NCBI GenBank assembly: GCA_937928795.1
Contig: CALFWB010000073.1
Location: forward strand, 1,521-65,520
Reading direction: 5' to 3'
Length of the DNA: 64,000 nucleotides
Source: an uncultured Anaerolineales bacterium
GTDB taxonomy: Bacteria > Chloroflexota > Anaerolineae > Anaerolineales > UBA4823
Below are positions 26,939 to 35,100 of this stretch, in pieces (the stretch's first letter is position 1; each line of letters opens with the position of its first letter). The notes beneath the pieces are model-generated. The model had not been told where the DNA came from. It ran no database searches and worked only from the letters and a program-made list of their open reading frames with translations. The position numbers and the translations under genes were made by a program.

Positions 26939-27679
26939 TCAGGTGAATTGCTGCTGTCTTGAACGAACGATTTGCATCACCATCTCGAAAACTTGATCGC
27001 TGTCTTTGCCATCTGAATCGATGCAGACGGCATCGGCGGCCGGGCGCAAGGGAGCAATCGCGCGGCTCGAATCAATCCGATCGCGCTCGCGGATAGACTG
27101 AAGGACTTCCTCATAAGCGACCTTTTGACCACGCCCTTGCATCTCCAAAAGGCGCCGCCGAGCACGCTCTTCCAAAGAGGCGTCTAAATAGATCTTAACC
27201 CCAGCTTCTGGCAAAACAACCGTGCCGATGTCCCTTCCGACCATCACAACCCTGCCACGCAAACCGATGCGGCGCTGTTGGGAACTTAGAGCCTGCCGCA
27301 CGCCCGGATAAAGGGATACGATGGAGACATGGGCATCAACTTGCGGCTGGCGTATCTCCCAGGTCACATCCTGATCGCCAATCCAGACGTCATAAGCTCT
27401 GCCATCCGCTTTAGAAGGCTGGGTGACTTCAATGGGCACTTTCTCGGCAAGCGCAGTCAGTACCTCTTCGTCATTCATTGAGATTCCCTGTTGCAATGCC
27501 AGCCAGGTCAAAGCCCGATACATCACGCCGGTGTCGAAGTATAAATACCCTAGTGCCTGCGCTAGCCGTTGGCCAAGCGTGGACTTTCCCGAAGCGGCCG
27601 GCCCGTCAATGGTAATGATCTGCGAGGTATCTAAGTCTTTTGGTAGTTCAAGGTTGGTCAAGCGGTAACTCCTCTTCAA
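26939..27679 (-). CDS. cmk: cytidylate kinase
   Basis: ITIDGPAASGKST P-loop, FDTGVMYRA, GRDIGTVV. Confidence 0.9.
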   Translation of the reverse strand: MKRSYRLTNLELPKDLDTSQIITIDGPAASGKSTLGQRLAQALGYLYFDTGVMYRALTWLALQQGISMNDEEVLTALAEKVPIEVTQPSKADGRAYDVWIGDQDVTWEIRQPQVDAHVSIVSLYPGVRQALSSQQRRIGLRGRVVMVGRDIGTVVLPEAGVKIYLDASLEERARRRLLEMQGRGQKVAYEEVLQSIRERDRIDSSRAIAPLRPAADAVCIDSDGKDSDQVFEMVMQIVRSRQQQFT

Positions 27680-29483
27680 ACGGGATATCTAGGGGTGCTC
27701 CTCCTTGTCCAATGTTGAGCGATTGGCTGTCCGGGAAAAGGTCTGTCCGCGCCCAGAGGATAATCGGTTGGATTTCCCACGATCCTTGACGAAAGAGCAA
27801 CCAGTTAAGGGGAAAAGGTGGGATGCCCTGCCAATTGGGTTGATACCGCCAGTTGAAATCCTGCCCGCGATAGGTTGCTGCCAGGGCGGGATTTTCGATA
27901 GATGCGGGGGTGATCAGGAGGGCTGGCAGTTGCCCCCTTTGAGGAACCGACAATTGAACCAGGGCTTGATCTTCAGGTAAAACGGTCACCTGAGCTTGAT
28001 GGCGAAGTAGCCAGCGCAGGGCAGACGAATCGACAGCGATGACGATATCCAAATGATCGGCTCGACCACTCTTCCACCGCGCCAGATCTTGGACGGTTTT
28101 CAAGAGCAGGTCAGCATCGCCAATCTGAGGATAGGGCTTCCATAACTCTTGCCGAAAGACCTGACTCCACGGGTGCGAAAAAGACACACCCCAAACTGCT
28201 GAAACCGTAGAGAGGATAAAAGCGATCAAAACGCCGAGGATTAATCCTTGCCAAGCCAGTCGAGCAGACCAAGCCATCTCTGCCAACCACACGAAAAGGG
28301 CAATAACGGCCAAGCTGGAAAACAGAGAAGCAAAACGTAGCCAATCGGTAATCCCGTAGGCTACCAAAGAGCTATAGGCAGCAAGTTGTAACCAAAAAAG
28401 GGCGAGGAAAACGCAAGTAACTCCAGCTAAAAGGAAGTTCGCCCAAACCGGTTGCTCTAAGCTTTCAACCCAGCGGGCGATCTCCTGAGCCGCCAAGATC
28501 CATAAGGGTAAGATCACCCAAATCAAGTTCGTCAATTGGCGTGCGGGGTAGAGGATAGCCAACAAAAAGGCGAGACCAAACCAGAGAGCGAGGAAGCCTT
28601 GCCAGCGCTGTTCGGAGGCAAGGGCATTTTGCCAGCGGGCGATCAAGCTACGCACCATGCAAATACCGCCAAAGAGGAGCACCACGGCTTGATAGACCCC
28701 CAGAGATAGCCCTAGGTGCAGGATTGAAACAGAAGCAGGTCCTGTCCAACCCTTCAGGTAGCCCAGCAAGGGCACAAGCGTTGCTCCTAGCCCGCGCGGG
28801 TATAAGAAAAAGAGCGTGCTGCCGAAAAGAAGCGTCAGCAGCGTTGCGCCTCCAGCCGTTCTGAGAGCTTCCCTGGGCGGCAGCATTTCTTCCCACAGAG
28901 CTGCTGAGAAGGTGGGGGCAGAGGATAGGCTTTTCTCCAGCCAGGTGAATGCCCCAGCCGCCAGAAGCAGCAGCAGCCCGCCGTACCAAAAGGGCGCCCC
29001 ACTCAACAGCCCGAAACCAAGAGCAAGACCCACCAAGCTCCAACGCGCTTGGCTGGCAAAAAGGCAAATTCCGCCGAGAGCAGCCACAGCCGGCATGACC
29101 GAACCCATCTGGCGCGATTGCGCCACGAAAGCGGGGTCGAGCGCCAAGGCAAAAGCTAGGATTAGGGTCAAAGGTGTGCCTAGACGGCGACGGAGGGAGA
29201 TGACCGCAAGGATCAACAACGTCCCGCTGGTAGCTGCCAAGAAGCGAGCTAAAAAATTGCTGCTGCCAAATAGGAAGAAAAGCCCAGCGGAGACCAACAC
29301 TTCCAAAGGGTAAGCTTGGATGGTGGTCGCTTTGCCCTGCGTAATTTGCAAGGCTTGCAAAGCAAGTTCAGCTTCGCCATCTGTTAGGGGCGTGCTTCCC
29401 AGTGCGCTGAAACGGATCAAGGCGCCGATGACGAAAGCAGACCAAACGAGAGCAGTTTGTAAGGAAAAGGATGTTTGCTTCAT
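27648..29483 (-). CDS. polytopic membrane protein, possible GT-C-fold glycosyltransferase-like
   Basis: About 14 TM helices plus a C-terminal soluble domain of roughly 170 aa. There is an acidic first-loop segment (PLTDGEAELA). I took the ATG at 29483 rather than the TTG at 29504. It overlaps the cmk start by 32 nt. Confidence 0.55.
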   Translation of the reverse strand: MKQTSFSLQTALVWSAFVIGALIRFSALGSTPLTDGEAELALQALQITQGKATTIQAYPLEVLVSAGLFFLFGSSNFLARFLAATSGTLLILAVISLRRRLGTPLTLILAFALALDPAFVAQSRQMGSVMPAVAALGGICLFASQARWSLVGLALGFGLLSGAPFWYGGLLLLLAAGAFTWLEKSLSSAPTFSAALWEEMLPPREALRTAGGATLLTLLFGSTLFFLYPRGLGATLVPLLGYLKGWTGPASVSILHLGLSLGVYQAVVLLFGGICMVRSLIARWQNALASEQRWQGFLALWFGLAFLLAILYPARQLTNLIWVILPLWILAAQEIARWVESLEQPVWANFLLAGVTCVFLALFWLQLAAYSSLVAYGITDWLRFASLFSSLAVIALFVWLAEMAWSARLAWQGLILGVLIAFILSTVSAVWGVSFSHPWSQVFRQELWKPYPQIGDADLLLKTVQDLARWKSGRADHLDIVIAVDSSALRWLLRHQAQVTVLPEDQALVQLSVPQRGQLPALLITPASIENPALAATYRGQDFNWRYQPNWQGIPPFPLNWLLFRQGSWEIQPIILWARTDLFPDSQSLNIGQGGAPLDIPFEEELPLDQP

Positions 29484-29520
29484 TTGTACATGAATTATAC
29501 CCAATCAGCCAGCAACCCTT

Positions 29521-32169
29521 TCAGGGGCTCTGATAGATGGTGACTTGCCCAGATTGATAAAGCGGTATAAAAGCGCGCTGGAATTTCACCTCATACAATC
29601 CGCCAGGGCAGTTGCCGCTGCCAGGGCGATAGGTGTTGCGTTCCAAATCGCCAACAAAGATATAACGGATTTGATATTGCTCCACAATTTGCTGTGCCTC
29701 TTCGAGGTTACGGGAACAATACAGTCGTTCGAGATCGGCTTGACGGCTGCCCATCTCGCGCGCCCCACCGCGCCACTGACTTTCATGTCCAGTCCAGCCT
29801 AAAACGATCGGCTGACCAGAGAGCGTTCCCACGCGGGCGTATTGGGTATAGCTCCCGCCGCTAGGACTGACCGCTTCGGCGACAACCCCCAACGGCGCTT
29901 GGCTTAGCCAGGCGATGGCTCGCATCTCGTCCGGATTTTGCTGCCATAAGTAGGCGGTGCTGTCGAGAGTGTAGCCTTGCGGAGGACGGAAGTTGTTGGT
30001 TTTGCTCAACGTAGCTAAGATGGTATAAACCATCCCACTTAGGATCATCAGGACAGATAGACCCAAACTGATCCTTGCCCAACCGTTGAATGACTGGCTG
30101 GCAGGATCGTTCTCTTGGGCGATGCGTCGCTTGGCTGGCCGGCGTGCAGATGGAGCAGGGCGGGGGGACACAGGGGCTAATTCTTCCATCTCGCTTCCTC
30201 TGTCCGATGGGTTGCTGAACCAAGCCACTGCATAGGCAGCCGCAATGCCCCATAACAACCAAGCTTGATAGAAAAACTTGAACACCGTGTTCATGCGCCA
30301 ACCGAACTGGTCGCGCAGGTAGAAAAATTCGGGAAACAACACCAGCAAGGTGCCACCAATGATTAGGAGGGCAACAAAGCCCCTCACCCCTGGCCCCTCT
30401 CCCGCAGGGAGAGGGGAGTCAACTTCCCCTCTCCCTCTGGGAGAGGGGAAAGGGGTGAGGGCATCCTCCCCCTGCGCTTTGGGAGAGGGGAAAGGGGTGA
30501 GGGCCATCAACAAAGCCAACCCGCCACTCAAAAGGATTCCCAGTGTCAACCAACCACCCGCGTAAAAGAGGCGCCGGTAAATAGCCACCGGCAACCAATC
30601 GCTGACCGTTGTTGCTCCGATTGAACCCATGAACAAACCACCTAGAGCAGGTAAAGCGCTGATGATAAGCCCCATGGCAAGAGAAATCGCCCAGAGGGCA
30701 GTGAGCAAGCCTACCGTCCAGCCAATCGCCTGCCTAAGCTGGGGTTGAAACTTATGGTAATGCCATCCTAGCCAAGCAAGGATCGGTACAAATAAAGGGG
30801 CAAACATCACCCACAGGTGCGCCCCGCGCGTAGGATAGACGAGGTTGGGCAAGAAACCGCCGGCCTGAGAGGAGAAGCCCAAGTAAAAGGGCAGGTAAAA
30901 GACGCCCCCCAAAATGCCTGTCCAAATCCCAAAGCGCAAGAAGTCTGTGAGGGTGCCGGCTTTCCCTAAGGCATAAGCGGCGGCACATAAAGCGACATAA
31001 ATCGGAAAATCCCACGTATTGAGAAACGCCAGTCCGCCCAAGATCAGCGCTGCAATCAGGCTTTCACTCAAGGGAATAGCGAGCGGGTAACGCAGGACGA
31101 AACGGCCGCTACCCAGAACGACCTGATTAGTCGCTGCAGGCTCTGGACGGCTCTGCCAAGAGCGCCAAAGGTTGAGCGCCAGCCCGATCGCCAAGAGGGC
31201 AAAGGGCATAGCCAGTACGTGCGGGTGCAAATCGGCAAGGACATAGGAAAAAGCCGGAAATTCATCGATAATCTCACGCGGCGCACCGCTGACATCATAA
31301 TCCTGCACCACCCGCGAAGCCCGCCACCACCAATACCACCGCTTGGGTAATCCATCCAAGGGCAGTTGCGGTGGATCGCTCAGATCGGCCAAATCCAGCC
31401 ACTTCCAGAAACCCGAAACCCACACGCCGTTGCGTTGTTGCCAAAACAAGCCGGCTGCATGGAGAACTTCCAGCAGCCCGCCTAAATTGCCCATCAACAG
31501 CACCAGCAAAGGCGCTAATAAGGGTTTCCACAGAAAGCGTTTGGCAAATTCAAGGCTCAACAGATCGCTCAATAAGCCATAGGCGCCCAGCGCACTCAGG
31601 GCAAAAATCAAAGAGATACCCAAATTAAACGCCACCGCTCCGGCAGTGCCACAAAGCTTCGCCAGCATGGCAACCAGAACATAGCCAAAATAGTAATAAG
31701 AGATTGCATACCCAGAGAGCCACGGGTCGTGAGGAGGGAAGCTCTCTGAGCGTAAGATGGCATTGATAAAAGCCAATTCCATCGGCTTTTCGGTGCCTAG
31801 CGCCTCCGGGTTGGCGGCGCGCGTCACCGCCAGAGCAGCAAGGGCAAGGAAGAACAAACCTTCCATGACCCCCACCTGCGTGCGGTTTTCCTTCCACCAA
31901 CGGAGAAATTCTGCCTTGCCGGTTTTGAAGAAGAGGAAAAGACTAACCCCACCAACAACGGCTAGGGCAAAGAGAATCCCTTCAGTACGGTTTTCGGTGA
32001 GGTGTAAAGAGGTTAGCAGCCAGAAGGCATAACCCCACAAAAGCAACCCCAAAGTACGGCTGAAGGCATAGCCACGCTGCGGCAGGTGACGAAAGAGCCA
32101 AAAGGCGATCGGAAAAGTCAGCCAACCGACTAGCGTAATCGCCGCATACCAAAGGAGAAAATCTCTCAT
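29521..32169 (-). CDS. DUF2298 (Chlor_Arch_YYY) family membrane protein
   Basis: HLPQRGYAFSRTLGLLLWGY N-terminus and a YYY motif (SGYAISYYYFGYV). More than 15 TM helices and a C-terminal soluble domain. The family assignment is from memory of TIGR03662/DUF2298. Confidence 0.75.
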   Translation of the reverse strand: MRDFLLWYAAITLVGWLTFPIAFWLFRHLPQRGYAFSRTLGLLLWGYAFWLLTSLHLTENRTEGILFALAVVGGVSLFLFFKTGKAEFLRWWKENRTQVGVMEGLFFLALAALAVTRAANPEALGTEKPMELAFINAILRSESFPPHDPWLSGYAISYYYFGYVLVAMLAKLCGTAGAVAFNLGISLIFALSALGAYGLLSDLLSLEFAKRFLWKPLLAPLLVLLMGNLGGLLEVLHAAGLFWQQRNGVWVSGFWKWLDLADLSDPPQLPLDGLPKRWYWWWRASRVVQDYDVSGAPREIIDEFPAFSYVLADLHPHVLAMPFALLAIGLALNLWRSWQSRPEPAATNQVVLGSGRFVLRYPLAIPLSESLIAALILGGLAFLNTWDFPIYVALCAAAYALGKAGTLTDFLRFGIWTGILGGVFYLPFYLGFSSQAGGFLPNLVYPTRGAHLWVMFAPLFVPILAWLGWHYHKFQPQLRQAIGWTVGLLTALWAISLAMGLIISALPALGGLFMGSIGATTVSDWLPVAIYRRLFYAGGWLTLGILLSGGLALLMALTPFPSPKAQGEDALTPFPSPRGRGEVDSPLPAGEGPGVRGFVALLIIGGTLLVLFPEFFYLRDQFGWRMNTVFKFFYQAWLLWGIAAAYAVAWFSNPSDRGSEMEELAPVSPRPAPSARRPAKRRIAQENDPASQSFNGWARISLGLSVLMILSGMVYTILATLSKTNNFRPPQGYTLDSTAYLWQQNPDEMRAIAWLSQAPLGVVAEAVSPSGGSYTQYARVGTLSGQPIVLGWTGHESQWRGGAREMGSRQADLERLYCSRNLEEAQQIVEQYQIRYIFVGDLERNTYRPGSGNCPGGLYEVKFQRAFIPLYQSGQVTIYQSP
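30381..30503. repeat. three GGGAGAGGGG/GGGGTGAGGG repeat units inserted in frame in the DUF2298 gene
   Basis: CCCTCACCCCTGGCCCCTCTCCCGCAGGGAGAGGGG, followed by two copies of CCCCTCTCCC..GGGAGAGGGGAAAGGGGTGAGGG. It encodes LTPFPSPKAQGEDALTPFPSPRGRGEVDSPLPAGEGPGVRG. Confidence 0.75.
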
Positions 32170-35100
32170 GGCCGGTTCACCTCGTAAATCACCGTTTGCC
32201 CGTCACGATACACTGCCCGCCACAACAAGCCATTGGCAGCCTCGAATTTCTCTAGGCCGGGTCCAGCATATTTGCCGCGCTCTTGTTGACCAAGGATGAT
32301 ATAGCGCACCTGATATTTTTCCAAGAAATTCATGGCTTCTTGGAGGTCGAGCGTGCGGTAGAAGGCTTCGATCTCCTCGATGCGTTGCGTCACCCAGGTT
32401 GCCGGCAAGATGGTGCGTTGCTGTTGCTGGTGCCATTCCCACCCGACGACGCCGGGCAAGCCAGTGTAGATGCTGAAACGCGAACCCCAGCGGTAGAGAT
32501 CGCGCAGGTTCGCTTCGACAATGACCGGTGAGCCTTTGACGTTATCCTGCATCCACAAGATGGCGCGGTAGTCTTGGCTGAGGTCCATTTCCCCCCAACT
32601 ATCGGTGTATTTGGAAGATGCCATGAAAGCCATACCATCGAGGTTGTGCGGCGCTGCCTCGCTCATCCGATCCTTCACTTTAGCGGTTGTAGCGGTGATC
32701 GGATAGAGCGCAGCCGAGAGGACGAGGAACAGAAAAACGCTCTTCCAGAGGTTTCCCCACGTGCTTCGCCAAATCAGCAAACTAGGTAACAGCCAGCCCA
32801 ACGCCGCGCCAGCCACTACAGCAAACATCGTCCACACTTGCAGATAAAACTTGAAGACCGTGTTCATCCGCCCAATGTCGCCAGCGACGACCACCACTTC
32901 TACCATTAGGGTGACCATCAAACCCGTGCCAACGAGGAAGAGGGCAAAGCGTTTCTCATCAGGTTGATCGTGGCGCAAGATGAGCACTCCAGCCCAAGCT
33001 GCCAGAGGGAGGACGATCCAGGCGATGGCAACTTGCAGCCAAGCCATCAAGCCGATGATCACAGCAACGAGAACGAAGCCGGCATACCCGATCCACGGCA
33101 GGTAAGGTTTGAGTTTCTGCAGGGCAGAGAGCGGCGTCTTCGCCATCCAGTCAATCGTTTCCCAAATCAGCCAAGAAACGATCACGAACAGGAATAAGCC
33201 CCAATGAACGAGGTAAGAAAAGCTGGGCGTGTGCGTGCCTTTCCACAGGTTGATGTCGGAATATCCCCAACCTAGCCAGCGCGTGAAGGGATAGAACCAC
33301 AAGTTTGAGGTCAACACCAGAAGCCCCACGCCAAAGAGGGCACTTGCCGAGGCTCGCAGCCACGCCTTGCCTAGCTGAGCGATTGGCTCTCCCTCTGCGT
33401 CTTCGGCACGGAGGGCTGGGCGCAACAGGCGGTAAGCCACGATGGCGCTGACCAACGCAAGATAAGGATAATAATCGGAATAGTTGGTCGGGCGCAGAAC
33501 GCCGATCAGCAGGCCGCCGATCGCTAAGCGCGCCACTGTCTGAAGCTTGGGCTTTATTTGGGGCAGGAGCAGAAACGACAAGGCAAAGGCTAGGGTCAAC
33601 AAAGCCAGCGGCAAGGCAAATAAATGAGCGTGTGGGTCACCGTATAACACGGTAAAAAAGGGAAATTCGGTGATCGGTTCAACATCGTTGGGAGCCGGGA
33701 TAGCCCGACTGGGAATCCAATACCAATCCCCCAAACTGTAAGGCAGATTCATCCCTTTCAAGACCTCGATAAATCCTTGCACCGTCCAAACGGCGCGGAT
33801 TAGCAGGTTGGCGCCCTCAATGCTGCCGCCCGGCGCAGCTAATTTTTGATAGCCGTTCAGGATCATGCGTAAGGTGCCCAGATTGCCTAAAACCGCCATG
33901 CCTAACGCAGCCGCTAGCCCACTGACCCAGTTAAGGGTGAAGTTGGGTTTGTTGGTGACCGCAGCGGATGTGCGCCAACGCGCCACCAGATTCCATCCTA
34001 ACGAGAATGCCCCTAAAGCGATCAGACTGAAGGTGGTCGGCAGGATGAGATTATAGGCAATAGCTGGGACAATCCCCAACCACTTGACCGGCACCCCCAT
34101 CAGCACGAAGCCGTAGTAGTAATAATTCAAATAGCCGCCAGCATACCAGGGATCATAAGGCGGGAAGGAGGTGCTTTTGAGAATCGCATTGAAATAGGCG
34201 AAATCCATGGGCTTCTCGCCGCCCTTCCAGGGGTGCCATAGGTCTGGGTTGCCCAAGCGGATGAAGAGGTCGAAAATGAAAAAGGCGAGAAAAAGCATTT
34301 CCACCCACAGGAATTGCTTTTTGCGTTGGCGAATTTCTTGGCTAAGCCCTTGCCGATCGAGCAGGGCAACCGCAAACGAGACCAACAACAGCACTCCAAA
34401 GACGAGACTGATTGTTAGTCGTTCAAAGGGCACCCGCACGGAACCGAGCAGCCATACGAAATAGGAAAGCAGCAGCAAACCAAATATGCGCGATAGAGGA
34501 TAGCCGCGGTCATCCAAGCCGGCAAAGACCTGACGCGTTAGCGGATAAACGCCCCAACCCAGAAGGCTGAGAGTCAAATACCAGACCAGGATGGCAATAA
34601 GATGATCGCGATTCTGGAGGGCGTTGCGGTTGAACAGTTCTGACCAAGTGCCGCCGCTCTGCTGTTCGCGCAGGCGGTCAGGCGGTAAGAGCAACAAACC
34701 GGGAAATTGGGAGGCTTTGCGCGGGGTTAGATGAATAACTTTCGAGAGATCGACAGCGGTAAGCAGCCGCCGAACGCTCAAGGAGTCATAATCGACGCTT
34801 TTACGGAAGATCAGCACCTTAGGGTGATCGTACACGGTGAAGGCTTCCTCGGCAAATTGGTCATTGATGCGCCACTTTCCTAAGCTAGGGAACGACTCAA
34901 AAACTTGCACCAGCTCGAAGCCCAATTTCCCTTGAAATTGACCCGGTTGAGCCACGTTGTAACACCAGATCACATCCTTTTCTTCGGGGCAGCCGATCAG
35001 CAGGCGATAATAGGTCGTTGAAAGCGGATAGCGCTCGGGCACGCGCGGCACGGTGCCCCACTGGCGATTGGAGGAGATAAAGATGTAGTCTGCTTGGTCA

